Of a stretch of DNA of 64,000 nucleotides, positions 19,806-29,675 are shown piece after piece (position 1 is the first letter of the stretch; every line of letters begins with the position of its first letter). A model generated the notes under the pieces. The model saw only the letters and a program-made list of their open reading frames with translations. It did no database searches and was not told the DNA's origin. Position numbers and translations under genes: made by a program. Origin of the DNA: Candidatus Omnitrophota bacterium (lineage in GTDB: Bacteria > Omnitrophota > Gorgyraeia > JAHJTE01); the NCBI GenBank assembly GCA_040753675.1, contig JBFMEB010000004.1, positions 4,288 to 68,287 on the forward strand, in the 5' to 3' direction.

Positions 19806-21405
19806 TTTTAACTCTCCTTAAAGAGTCCATCAGTCTAAACGCATCCCAGGATAAAATTAACGCCAAACCGACCAAAATAACAGAAATAATCAATAATAAA
19901 AAATCATGGCTATTAAAATAATTAATACTGCCTACTACAAGCGCTGCGATTGTAGTTAAAAGCATAATAGCCGCGGGAATAAGGGTGTAGATAACTTTTT
20001 TTCCTTTGCTAAGCAACCAAGATGATATAACTAAAAGTGTCAATGCTGCAACCAACTGATTTGAAGCTCCAAAGGCCGGCCAGATTCTATTCCATTTTCC
20101 ACTTAAGGCTAGAAAAGAAGCAGCCAAAAGCATAATTGATGTAGAAATAAACTTATTTTTTACCAAGGTAATCTCTTCAAAAATATAACGCGAAATTCTT
20201 ACGGCAGTATCTAAGGTAGTTAATATAAAAGCATTGAGAGTAATAATGGCTATAAATGACCCGAATCTGCCAATAATCCCTTGCGAGATTATTCCAAAAC
20301 CTTTTCCAAAAACCCCTACCGGGCTGGATGACTTCAGTACCGCTAATAAATCTATATTCTTATCAAAAGCGCTGATTGCTAAGACACAAATAACAGCCAA
20401 TAAGGCAACCAGACCTTCTGCTACCATTGCACCATAGCCAATTTTTTTTGCGTCTAATTCAGATGATATCTGTTTGCTACTCGTGCCGCTGGCAATTAAG
20501 GCATGGAAGCCTGAAATTGCGCCGCAAGCCACGGTAACAAAAAGCATTGGCCAGACAAAACCTTCATTAGAAGATAAAGCAACAACCGGCGGCTGATTAA
20601 TTATTGGCCGAGAAAAAATAATCCCCAAATAGCCTAAACCAAGAGTAAAAAATAAAAGATAACTTGAAAAATAATCTCTGGGCTGTAATAAAATATTTAC
20701 GGGTAAAATCGAAGCAAAAAAACAATAGACAATTAAAACTAACGACCAAACCAGCATAGGGTTAGCACCAGCGTTAATAGGCATTACCTGGCCTAATAAT
20801 ATCAAACACAATAAAGAAATTAAGCCAAACAAAGTCACCAGGGCTATATTTATCTTCCGGGCATAAATTAGAAAACCCGCCACCATTGCCACAGGTATAA
20901 GCCCTAAAGACGGTAGAACTATTTTTGGTTCTTCAACAAATGTTTTAGCGCAAAGGTGAATAAAAACCGCCACAACTAAAATTAAAGCCAAGAGAACAAA
21001 ACTACTAAATATTATCCTTGCCCTCTTAGAAATTATTTCTTGAGATATGTCAGCTATGGATTTACCTTTATGGCGCACAGAAATCATGAGAGCGCAAAAA
21101 TCATGTACACCGCCAATGAATATAGTACCAAATACTATCCAGATTAAGGCAGGTAGCCACCCCCAAAGAATAACTGCTATTACAGGACCTATAATAGGAC
21201 CTGCACCGGCAATCGAAGCAAAGTGATGACCAAAAAGAATTAACCAGTTTTTTGCAGGGACATAATCTATGCCGTCTCTTAAAGTATGCGCCGGAGTAGG
21301 CCGGTTAGCATCTACCTCAAAGAGACGTTCAAATTTAGAAGCATAAAATATATATCCAACTGCAAAAGCCAATAATGATATTAATACAATAGGTAATGCG
21401 CTCAT
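19798..21405 (-). CDS. cstA: Carbon starvation protein A family transporter
   Basis: GHHFASIAGAGPIIGP, ACGAISGFHAL, WPAFGASNQL. Confidence 0.93.
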   Translation of the reverse strand: MSALPIVLISLLAFAVGYIFYASKFERLFEVDANRPTPAHTLRDGIDYVPAKNWLILFGHHFASIAGAGPIIGPVIAVILWGWLPALIWIVFGTIFIGGVHDFCALMISVRHKGKSIADISQEIISKRARIIFSSFVLLALILVVAVFIHLCAKTFVEEPKIVLPSLGLIPVAMVAGFLIYARKINIALVTLFGLISLLCLILLGQVMPINAGANPMLVWSLVLIVYCFFASILPVNILLQPRDYFSSYLLFFTLGLGYLGIIFSRPIINQPPVVALSSNEGFVWPMLFVTVACGAISGFHALIASGTSSKQISSELDAKKIGYGAMVAEGLVALLAVICVLAISAFDKNIDLLAVLKSSSPVGVFGKGFGIISQGIIGRFGSFIAIITLNAFILTTLDTAVRISRYIFEEITLVKNKFISTSIMLLAASFLALSGKWNRIWPAFGASNQLVAALTLLVISSWLLSKGKKVIYTLIPAAIMLLTTIAALVVGSINYFNSHDFLLLIISVILVGLALILSWDAFRLMDSLRRVKNA

Positions 21406-22598
21406 TGTCGAATGAAATGTTCTATTAATTCATGGCCTTTTTCAAAAAATAACCCAGATTGACCTGCAACTTTCTCGCTAAAATAAGTCGTGCTATCAGG
21501 CTCAATGCCCTCTCCGCACATGGCAAAGGGTACTGGGCCATCCGTATGCGTGCGTAAGCTTATAGGCGTAGGGTGATCTGGAACCAGTAAAACACGAAGC
21601 GAAGATAAGCTTTTTGTTTCCTTTAAAACCTGGCCTACAACTTGACTATCAAAGCGTTCAATCATGGCAATCTTTTGGCGCAGATCTCCGTTATGGCCTG
21701 CCTCGTCAGTAGCCTCAACATGTATAAATACGAAATCAACCTTCTTGAGTGCCTCGACAGCATATGAAGCCTTGCCTAAAAAATTAGTGTCATAATAACC
21801 TGTTGCGCCTGGCACCTCTATAACTTTAAGGCCAATTATTTTACCAATTCCCTTAATGAGATCAACCGCAGAAATTACGGCGCCAGTTAAGCCAAAAAGC
21901 GTTTTAAAGTCCGGCATTGTAGGAGGCCGGCCTTCGCCCCAGAGCCAAATCATATTTGCCGGATTCTCGCCTAAATCAATGCGCACTTGATTAATCGCCT
22001 GGTCTTTTAAGAAATTTCGCGAGTCTTGCATTAGCTTAATTAATAATTGCGAGCCAATGCCTTTTGGCAAATTATCTTTTAATGGCATTCCCATTATATC
22101 ATGGGGAGCTTTAGCTGAAATTTCGCCTTTCTTGCCAAAAGCAGAAAGCTTAATTACAACGATATGCCTATAGCTTGTACCGGGAAAAAAGCGAATATCC
22201 TTATTCCCAAGTTTGTCATTTAAGACTTTAATCAGTACTTGCGCCTCCTTGGTAGTTATGTGGCCAGCGCTATAATCAATTAATTTTTGCTCATCGGCAG
22301 TAACTAAATTACAACGAAATGCTACTTCATCCTCATTTAAATTTATGCCCATATGTGCAGCTTCCAGGGCTGCCCTTCCAGTATAATATTCTATCGGATC
22401 GTAACCAAATAGGGAAAGATTAGCAACATCAGAAGCAGGAGATAGTCCCTTAGGAATAGTCCTCACCATGCCTATCTTGCCGGAACTTGCTATAAAATCC
22501 ATATTTGGCGTCTTGGCTGCTTCCAATGGGGTACGGCCATCTAATTCTACTATCGGTATATCTGCCATACCATCTGGAACAAAGATGATATATTTCAT
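21402..22598 (-). CDS. apgM: Cofactor-independent phosphoglycerate mutase family (ApgM; proposed homoserine kinase)
   Basis: DGMAD, TPLEAAKTPNMD, HVEATDEAGH, PDHPTP..RTH. Confidence 0.85.
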   Translation of the reverse strand: MKYIIFVPDGMADIPIVELDGRTPLEAAKTPNMDFIASSGKIGMVRTIPKGLSPASDVANLSLFGYDPIEYYTGRAALEAAHMGINLNEDEVAFRCNLVTADEQKLIDYSAGHITTKEAQVLIKVLNDKLGNKDIRFFPGTSYRHIVVIKLSAFGKKGEISAKAPHDIMGMPLKDNLPKGIGSQLLIKLMQDSRNFLKDQAINQVRIDLGENPANMIWLWGEGRPPTMPDFKTLFGLTGAVISAVDLIKGIGKIIGLKVIEVPGATGYYDTNFLGKASYAVEALKKVDFVFIHVEATDEAGHNGDLRQKIAMIERFDSQVVGQVLKETKSLSSLRVLLVPDHPTPISLRTHTDGPVPFAMCGEGIEPDSTTYFSEKVAGQSGLFFEKGHELIEHFIRQ

Positions 22599-23227
22599 AT
22601 TTTTTCCTCTAAGATAGAAATTAATTTTCTTGCCAGCCCTAATCTGGAATTTGATTTTGCCAACATTCCTTGATGATTAAGGATAAAAGATTTTAGGCGG
22701 TTATTTTTAAATTTGTTTGCAACAATAATATCTGCCGCGGCTTTCTCCTGTGCGGTTCTCGCCCTTTTTATTAATTGGGTATCTGAAACATTAGGCTCCA
22801 ATTTAAACATTACCAAAAAAGAATTGGAAGCACATTTTTTTATTTCATTAATAATTTTAGGTGCACGGATAAGTTTTAAAGAAAATTTAGTTTTGTTTGA
22901 ATCTAATTTCTTTTTCGATTCTTTCTCTAGCAAAAAATCAGAAACAGCAGCATTGTGAATTATGCAATCAAATTTATTTTTTTTTATTTCATCCTTAACT
23001 AAAGAACGAAGTTGCTTAAAATACCTAAATGATTTTAATCGGATTCCTTTTATTCTTTCTTTAGGCGCAGCCAACAATAGAGTGACTTTAGCCCCTCTCT
23101 CTTTTGCTAACTTTGCCAACAATCTACCAGTTTCGCCAGTAGCTATGTTGCTGATTGCCCTCACAGGGTCGATTTTTACCTGGGTAGGACCTGCTGTAAT
23201 AAGGATTTTTTTATTTTTTAAGGTCAT
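22595..23227 (-). CDS. coaB: Stand-alone phosphopantothenate--cysteine ligase (CoaB domain)
   Basis: ILITAGPT..IDPVRAISN..TG, HNAAVSDF, FKLE. Confidence 0.8.
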   Translation of the reverse strand: MTLKNKKILITAGPTQVKIDPVRAISNIATGETGRLLAKLAKERGAKVTLLLAAPKERIKGIRLKSFRYFKQLRSLVKDEIKKNKFDCIIHNAAVSDFLLEKESKKKLDSNKTKFSLKLIRAPKIINEIKKCASNSFLVMFKLEPNVSDTQLIKRARTAQEKAAADIIVANKFKNNRLKSFILNHQGMLAKSNSRLGLARKLISILEEKI

Positions 23228-23235
23228 TTACATTT

Positions 23236-23390
23236 AGGTTACTATTAGTTACTAACAGTTTCTAATAAAAATTCAAAAACAACGAATCGGTTACTAACAG
23301 TTACATTTTTGCAACCAATAGTAACTATTAGTAACAAACTCAGCATCTTGCTTCCCCATTTGCTTTAGTAACCATTAGTAACTATTATTA
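23236..23390. repeat. Direct and inverted 10-mer arrays (GTTACTA.. / ..TAGTAAC)
   Basis: gttactatta gttactaaca gtttctaata ... tagtaactattagtaac, tagtaaccattagtaacta. Confidence 0.7.
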
Positions 23391-24467
23391 ATAACCTATT
23401 TCTTTCAATACTGTTTTTAAATCTGCTTTGACGCTCTTTGGCTTTTCTATTGTTTTGATAGCCCGGTCGGGGTCTTTAAGGCCATGTCCGGTTAAGATGC
23501 AGACTATCTTTGTAGTTTGTAGTTTGTAGTTTGTAGTTTGTTTAAAATAATTTTTCTTAGCCAATTTAAGTAACCCAGCGACTGAAGCGGCTGAGGCAGG
23601 CTCAACAAATACACCATCTTTTTCTGCTAATAGCTTGTAAGCACTCAAGATATCTTTATCAGTCACAGAGTCAATCAAGCCACCTGATTCATCGCGGGCT
23701 TGTTCTGCTTTTTTCCAGCTCGCGGGATTGCCTATCTTAATTGCAGTAGCAATTGTTTTTGGCTCTTTGATTATCTTCCCTTTAACAATCGGTGCAGCAC
23801 CTTCTGCTTGAAATCCCAACATCTTTGGTAGTTTGCTTATCTTTTTTAAGTTGAAATACTCCTGGTATCCTTTCCAATAGGCGGTGATATTGCCGGCATT
23901 GCCAACTGGCATTACCTGAAAATCGCAAGCTCCTTCCAAAGCATCGCAAATTTCAAATGCAGCTGTTTTTTGGCCTTCGATACGATAAGGATTTAAAGAA
24001 TTAACTAACTGGATTGGAAATTTTGCGCTGATTTCGCACACCAGCTCTAATGCAACATCAAAATTTCCTTTAACTGCCAGAACTTTCGCATTATGTATCA
24101 TTGCCTGCGATAATTTACCTAAGGCAATTGCACCATCAGGTATAAGCACGAAGCATTTTAAATTAGCCTTAGCAGCATAGGCAGCGGCTGACGCTGAAGT
24201 ATTGCCAGTAGAAGCACAGATAACCGCAGCCTTTCCTTCTTCTTTTGCTTTGGAAATAGCAACAGTCATACCCCTATCTTTAAAAGAACCAGTGGGGTTT
24301 GCACCTTCAAATTTTAAATAAACCTTAAATCTTTCTCCTAGACAACTAGTTAGATAGGGAGAAAAAATCAGAGGTGTATTGCCTTCGCAAAGACTAATTA
24401 TCGGCGTCTTTGTGGTAACCGGCAATAGATGTCTGTACTTATCAATCACTCCGTTATATTTGCTCAT
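23388..24467 (-). CDS. thrC: Threonine synthase
   Basis: NPTGSFKDRG, ASTGNTS, PVGNAGN, LTGHGLKD. Confidence 0.96.
   Translation of the reverse strand: MSKYNGVIDKYRHLLPVTTKTPIISLCEGNTPLIFSPYLTSCLGERFKVYLKFEGANPTGSFKDRGMTVAISKAKEEGKAAVICASTGNTSASAAAYAAKANLKCFVLIPDGAIALGKLSQAMIHNAKVLAVKGNFDVALELVCEISAKFPIQLVNSLNPYRIEGQKTAAFEICDALEGACDFQVMPVGNAGNITAYWKGYQEYFNLKKISKLPKMLGFQAEGAAPIVKGKIIKEPKTIATAIKIGNPASWKKAEQARDESGGLIDSVTDKDILSAYKLLAEKDGVFVEPASAASVAGLLKLAKKNYFKQTTNYKLQTTKIVCILTGHGLKDPDRAIKTIEKPKSVKADLKTVLKEIGY
23509..23541. repeat. (TTTGTAG)x4.7 in-frame heptamer repeat inside thrC
   Basis: Encodes QTTNYKLQTTK. Confidence 0.9.
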
Positions 24468-25855
24468 ATTATTTTAATAAATTTATTCACTACTTCTTGG
24501 TCAAAATGACTGCCAGCAAATTTTTTAAGCTCTTCCTTTGCCTGCTCATTGCTCATTGCTTTACGATAAGGCCTATCCGAGGTCATGGCATCAAAAGCAT
24601 CTACCACCGATAAAATCTTTGCTAATAAAGATATCTCGTCCCCTTTAAGTCCATCTGGGTAACCGCTACCGTCTAACCACTCATGGTGATGTCTGACCAA
24701 ATCACAAAGCGGCCTCAACGATGCTATGGGCTTTAAAATATTTTCGCCGATTTTTGCATGTTCCCTGACAATCAATAATTCTGCCGGAGTTAAACGCTCG
24801 CCTTTTCTTAAGATTTCATCGCTAATGCCGATCTTTCCAACATCATGCAATACGCTAGCATCACTTAAAAGTTTTTTCGATTTTTCATCCAGACCAAAAG
24901 CATCTGCGAGTCGAAGAGAATATTCTGCCATACGCTTACAATGGCCTCGGGTATATGGATCGCGTGCCTCAACCGCCATAGCCAAAGCAGAAATCGTCTG
25001 AATATAAGTAGTTTGCGCATCTTTATGAAGGCGATAATTTTCTATTGCCGAGGCGGTTTGAGTAGCCAACTCAGAAAGTAACACTAAATCATCGTTGTTA
25101 AAAGACTGATTGATCTCTTTATCTTCAACAACTAATACTCCTACGATCTTATTGGCGTATTTTAAAGGTACAGCAACCAAAGAAGACCCTTTGTCTATTG
25201 CCGGAACAATAATCGGCTTTCCTGTCTCTGCTACCGAGCCAATTAGGCCTTCGCCAATCGCAATTTTCTCTTCATAAACCCCTGGGCCGAAAGATGCCTT
25301 GATAAAGAGTCTATTTAAACTGTCATCAATCAAAAAAAGTTTAGCCTTTTTTGCCCGTAAAGACTTACTCACAGTCTCAATAATCAGATTTATGAATCTA
25401 TCGATATCTTCAAAAGAAGTAATTGCCTCGCTAACTTTTAAGGCAATTGTCTGAAGCATTTCTTTTGATGCTTCCAGCTCTTTAATATTATCTTGGAGTT
25501 GCTTGGTTATGCGATTAAACGATAGTGCTAATTCTTTAATCTCATCCTCTTCGCTTAATTCTATTTTTTCTATATCAGTATTGCCTTCGGTAACTGCCTT
25601 AACGCGCTGGTTTATCATCAAAACTGATTTTATAATTCTCCTAATAATTTCAAAACCAACTAAACTAGAAACAACTAACAAAGCAATTGTAAGTTTTATG
25701 TATTTGAATGAATAAGTGATTAAGTTATCAGAGAAAAATAATATGTATATTACAACTAAAATCGGCACCAAAGAAGTCAATAGGAAAGACAAGCCGATTT
25801 TGCGCATTAAGCTATCATTCTTAATTGATTTGATTTTAAACAAATCTTTTTTCAT
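24464..25855 (-). CDS. Membrane HAMP-GAF-HD-GYP cyclic dinucleotide phosphodiesterase
   Basis: Two TM helices, HAMP (DEIKELALSFN), GAF, RDPYTRGH, HDVGK, HHEWLDGSGYP, DAFDAMTSDRPYR. Confidence 0.9.
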   Translation of the reverse strand: MKKDLFKIKSIKNDSLMRKIGLSFLLTSLVPILVVIYILFFSDNLITYSFKYIKLTIALLVVSSLVGFEIIRRIIKSVLMINQRVKAVTEGNTDIEKIELSEEDEIKELALSFNRITKQLQDNIKELEASKEMLQTIALKVSEAITSFEDIDRFINLIIETVSKSLRAKKAKLFLIDDSLNRLFIKASFGPGVYEEKIAIGEGLIGSVAETGKPIIVPAIDKGSSLVAVPLKYANKIVGVLVVEDKEINQSFNNDDLVLLSELATQTASAIENYRLHKDAQTTYIQTISALAMAVEARDPYTRGHCKRMAEYSLRLADAFGLDEKSKKLLSDASVLHDVGKIGISDEILRKGERLTPAELLIVREHAKIGENILKPIASLRPLCDLVRHHHEWLDGSGYPDGLKGDEISLLAKILSVVDAFDAMTSDRPYRKAMSNEQAKEELKKFAGSHFDQEVVNKFIKII

Positions 25856-27144
25856 CTACCCTCAATCCTTAAGGCAACCGGAAACCTTTTAATGACCGCA
25901 AACTGAAAAATCTGTTTTAACGCCAGTTGCAAATCTTTCTCTCTTGCCTCATGGGTAAGTATAACTACTGGAACAACCTTGGCTCGCCTTCTTTCCTTCT
26001 GAGTGACTGAGGCAATGCTAATCTTATGTTTGCCTAAAATACTAGAAATCTTGGACAATACTCCTGGCTTATCAATTGCCATAAATCTAAGATAATATCT
26101 GCAGACTATATCCTGCATTTTAATTAATCTGGGGCTTGAAACAAGAGGCAAAACCGGCAATCTCTGGCCAGTATCGCATTTAATATTTAAAGCAACATCT
26201 ACAATGTCGCTTATCACTGCTGAGGTAGCAGGAAGCTGGCCTGCGCCCCGGCCATAAAGAAGCATATCGCCCACTAAATCTGCAGATAAAAATAGGGCAT
26301 TAAATACTCCGGAAACTGAAGAAAGCGGATGCTTAGCTGGTAAAAGGGTAGGGTGAACCCTAACCTGAAGCTTACCATCTTCAATCTTTGCAATACCTAA
26401 TAATTTTAAGCAATAGCCTAATTCTTTAGCATATTGAATATCTACCGCAGAAATATCCTTAATCCCCTCCACAAAAATCTCCTCTAAATTAACTGATTTG
26501 CCAAACGCCAGATGAGTCAACAATGCTAATTTATGGGCGCAATCAACGCCGCCGATATCTAAACTCGGGTTTCTTTCGGTGTAGCCCCTTTTTTTAGCAA
26601 TGGCTAAAGCATGACTAAAATCCAGCCCTTCGTCGGCCATCTTTGAAAGAATGTAATTCGAGGTGCCATTAATAATTCCGTAAATAGCATTAATCTTATT
26701 TGCCACCAACCCTTCGCGCAGCACTTTAATAATCGGCACCCCACCCATAACCGAACCTTCAAAATAAATATCTCTGTTAAATTTCTTAGCTAATTTAAAA
26801 AGCTCTCCTCCAGCCAAAGCCAAAAGTGCTTTGTTGGCAGTAACGACAAATTTAGCGTTAATAATAGCCTTCTCAATATACTCTTTTGCAGGATGGATGC
26901 CTCCTATAAGCTCAACTATGATATCTATTTCAGGATCAATAATTAATTCATTTGCACTATCAGCAATTATTTTTTTCGATACCGAGACTTTGCTAAAAAT
27001 TCGTTTATTTAAATCAAAAACTTTTTTCAGCCTAATATCTATGCCAAATTTAGATTTAAAAAAGGCACTACGGCTAATCAATAGCTTATATACACCTCTG
27101 CCCACAGTCCCTAATCCGATTAGACCCACATTTATTTTTCTCAT
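25852..27144 (-). CDS. hom: Homoserine dehydrogenase with ACT domain
   Basis: GLGTVG, VVTANKA, GIINGTSNYIL, YGRGAG, DKPGVL. Confidence 0.96.
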   Translation of the reverse strand: MRKINVGLIGLGTVGRGVYKLLISRSAFFKSKFGIDIRLKKVFDLNKRIFSKVSVSKKIIADSANELIIDPEIDIIVELIGGIHPAKEYIEKAIINAKFVVTANKALLALAGGELFKLAKKFNRDIYFEGSVMGGVPIIKVLREGLVANKINAIYGIINGTSNYILSKMADEGLDFSHALAIAKKRGYTERNPSLDIGGVDCAHKLALLTHLAFGKSVNLEEIFVEGIKDISAVDIQYAKELGYCLKLLGIAKIEDGKLQVRVHPTLLPAKHPLSSVSGVFNALFLSADLVGDMLLYGRGAGQLPATSAVISDIVDVALNIKCDTGQRLPVLPLVSSPRLIKMQDIVCRYYLRFMAIDKPGVLSKISSILGKHKISIASVTQKERRRAKVVPVVILTHEAREKDLQLALKQIFQFAVIKRFPVALRIEGR

Positions 27145-27184
27145 AGCAACCTCTATTTAAACAATTAAGAAATCAATTTTCAAA

Positions 27185-27259
27185 TCGGGGCGGACAGACT
27201 TGAACTGTCGACCTCTTGAACCCCATTCAAGTGCTCTAGCCAAACTGAGCCACGCCCCG
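27185..27259 (-). tRNA. tRNA-Pro(GGG)
   Basis: CGGGGCG acceptor stem, anticodon arm CTTGA-ATGGGGT-TCAAG, T-loop TTCAAGT. Confidence 0.95.
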
Positions 27260-27328
27260 TGATTTGCTAGCTATTTTCTATCGGCAAATCATCCCGAGTC
27301 CCAAAACTTCGGGACGAGGGATTAATTT

Positions 27329-28318
27329 TTATTCCGGCTTCAACTTCCTAGACATCAAATCATTAACTGCCTTAATAGCAGATTTACCTCTATAAATAAC
27401 CTGGTAAATTTCTTTAGTAATCGGCATTTCTATATTATATTTTAGGCTCAAAGAATGAGCTGACTTTACTGTAGTAACACCTTCAGCAACCATCTGCATT
27501 TTAGATACAATTTTTTTAATAGGTATCCCCTTTGCTAACTGCTCTCCTACAAAACGATTTCTGCTAAATTTGCTAACACAAGTCGTAACTAAATCACCCA
27601 ACCCGCTAATACCATTAAGGGTTTCTCCTCTGCCTCCCATTGCTACTGCTAATTTACGCATCTCATTTAAGCCTCGTGAAAGGATTGCTGCTTTAGAATT
27701 AGTGCCAAAACCCAAGCCATCCGAGATTCCGCAGGCAATAGCAATTATATTTTTTAAACTTCCACCTAATTCCACTCCCACAACATCTGTATTTGTATAA
27801 ACCCTAAAGCGCGGCCCCGTAAAAAGATGCTGTAGAAATCTTAAATCGCTTTCGCATCTACCAGCAATAACCGCGGTAGTTGGATGATCCTTTGCTACCT
27901 CTCTAGCTATGGTTGGGCCAGAAAGAACAGCTATTCTAAGTTTGCCTAATTCTTCTATTATAACCTCACTCATGCGCCTTAAGGTATTTATTTCTATACC
28001 CTTTGTTACGCTAACAAATAGATTCTTGTTTATCTTGGGGATATTCTTTAATCTTTTTACGACTTTACGTAAATAAATCGATGGTATAGCAACAATAACT
28101 AAATTAGCATCAGCGACTGCTTCATTTAAATTTGCAGTTATTTTTATCTGGGAAGGAATCTTTATACCAGGAAGAAATCTTGGATTCCTTCTATATTTAT
28201 CAAGATAACGAGCATATGTCTTTGAGACGCTCCACAATGCAACATCTTTATTCTTCTTATTAAGAAGAATTGCCAGAGTGGTACCCCAACCACCGTCACC
28301 TAAAACTGTAATTTTCAT
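27329..28318 (-). CDS. gpsA: NAD(P)H-dependent glycerol-3-phosphate dehydrogenase
   Basis: GDGGWGT, TKGIE, SGPTIA, GGSLKN, GLGDLVTTC..SRN. Confidence 0.96.
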   Translation of the reverse strand: MKITVLGDGGWGTTLAILLNKKNKDVALWSVSKTYARYLDKYRRNPRFLPGIKIPSQIKITANLNEAVADANLVIVAIPSIYLRKVVKRLKNIPKINKNLFVSVTKGIEINTLRRMSEVIIEELGKLRIAVLSGPTIAREVAKDHPTTAVIAGRCESDLRFLQHLFTGPRFRVYTNTDVVGVELGGSLKNIIAIACGISDGLGFGTNSKAAILSRGLNEMRKLAVAMGGRGETLNGISGLGDLVTTCVSKFSRNRFVGEQLAKGIPIKKIVSKMQMVAEGVTTVKSAHSLSLKYNIEMPITKEIYQVIYRGKSAIKAVNDLMSRKLKPE

Positions 28319-28320
28319 AA

Positions 28321-28716
28321 TCAGCGCATCTGTTTATTCAATCGATTACAAAGTTCAATAAAATCTTCTTTCTCGTCTCGGGTTAAAAAGCAAATCCCGA
28401 CATCAAAACATCCATCTTGCCGCTCGACTACTCGAACTACTTTCCCCAGTACGCCTTTTTGAATAATCAGGCTTCGGGACTCTATTTCTTTGCAGATGGT
28501 CAAAACGTTCATATCGAATGACAACCAAAGAATTGCCTCTATGGGAATCGGCTCTTTCAATTTACATAATAGCCCTGATTGGCTTATATTCTGCGTATAA
28601 CCATCAAAAAGTTTAGTTATTGTTTCGGCCTTACAAACCTTGTATTGCAGTGGCTCTGAAAAATCTATGCGTACAAACTGTCTACGCTCAATACCTGAAT
28701 AATTTTTCTGCTCCAT
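28321..28716 (-). CDS. PilZ domain protein
   Basis: ERRQFVR (RxxxR) and NISQSG motifs. Confidence 0.85.
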   Translation of the reverse strand: MEQKNYSGIERRQFVRIDFSEPLQYKVCKAETITKLFDGYTQNISQSGLLCKLKEPIPIEAILWLSFDMNVLTICKEIESRSLIIQKGVLGKVVRVVERQDGCFDVGICFLTRDEKEDFIELCNRLNKQMR

Positions 28717-28753
28717 TTTAGAACCTATTGTTTAAAACTTTATGACAATTTAG

Positions 28754-28794
28754 CATAACTTTATTATTATAGATAAGTTATGAACTGTTTTCAA
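28754..28794 (-). promoter_or_regulatory. Sigma70-type promoter with an inverted repeat bracketing the -10
   Basis: TTGAAA-17-TATAAT on the minus strand; CATAACTT(28754)...AAGTTATG(28782). Confidence 0.6.
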
Positions 28795-29537
28795 TATTTG
28801 ATTTGCAGATTGGTTTTCATTGTGCGCATTTTGGCAAGTTCCCACGAATATTCATAAAGATGCAAACCCTTGCTTACTGCGATAATCTCCCCATCTTGCA
28901 CGCCTATTTCGCTGGCCATATATTGTTTTACCAGTTGTAATCCACCTAGATTTGAAGGAAAGCCGCCCCATAAATCCCAAGAACGAAAATAGAGAACAAA
29001 GTGCAACTTCCCATAGCGGACGCGTGTATCAATTAAACGCAGGCAAGGTGGGTCTTGCAATTTTATATCTGAAGGCATACCAATCTCCATAATTGCCTGA
29101 TTAGTGCCATGGCCTTGCGTCTTGTATATCTTAATAACCTCTTCAACTTGGTTGACATTTAGCGGTAATTCCTTGTATTTAGCAGTATCTGTCTCTATCT
29201 TAACTTTAATGCGCGGGTCAACCAACCGCTCGCCATAAGTATAGTCTTCTGTTTCAGTTTTTGTTCCGGTCAATAGATAAGAAAGATAACCTTGCACATA
29301 ATCCATATCAGTCGGAGCAGGAATATTCATACCCTCAGGAATTATCGGTATAATCTGATGGCTGGGGTTTCTAACCCTTACTACGCAAAAATCAAATTCC
29401 AAGCGGCGCTGCCCCTCGTAACTTCCGCGCGTAATAGTATACACAAAGCCTTTTTCCAAAATAGCATTTAAGGTTTGAAACCAGGCGTCATCTAAATCAA
29501 AGGCATCAATAAAAACCGGATTTAATTGTTGGTCCAT
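28791..29537 (-). CDS. thyA: Thymidylate synthase, short archaeal-like type
   Basis: YTYGERL, DPPCLR catalytic Cys, FRSWD..GFPSN, HLY. Confidence 0.8.
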   Translation of the reverse strand: MDQQLNPVFIDAFDLDDAWFQTLNAILEKGFVYTITRGSYEGQRRLEFDFCVVRVRNPSHQIIPIIPEGMNIPAPTDMDYVQGYLSYLLTGTKTETEDYTYGERLVDPRIKVKIETDTAKYKELPLNVNQVEEVIKIYKTQGHGTNQAIMEIGMPSDIKLQDPPCLRLIDTRVRYGKLHFVLYFRSWDLWGGFPSNLGGLQLVKQYMASEIGVQDGEIIAVSKGLHLYEYSWELAKMRTMKTNLQIKY

Positions 29538-29543
29538 AATTTT

Positions 29544-29675
29544 TTAAGGTGTAAATTCCGCTTTCATTGTATTGCCATCCAACTGAAATGTCAATTTTAA
29601 TCCTATAGGATTGTTTTTACCACAGACAAAGCAAAAATAATCATCCTGAAGATTAATCTTCCTTTTCAGTCTCAT
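29544..29675 (-). pseudogene. Truncated PaaI/hotdog thioesterase N-terminus (43 aa)
   Basis: Manual translation MRLKRKINLQDDYFCFVCGKNNPIGLKLTFQLDGNTMKAEFTP*; CFVCG.NNP.GLKL is the start of a PaaI subfamily. Confidence 0.7.

Noticed and set aside
28791-29537. Phage-type dCMP hydroxymethylase (DNA modification)
   Set aside because: It keeps the dUMP-specifying Asn (GFPSN) and has no phage or glycosyltransferase context.
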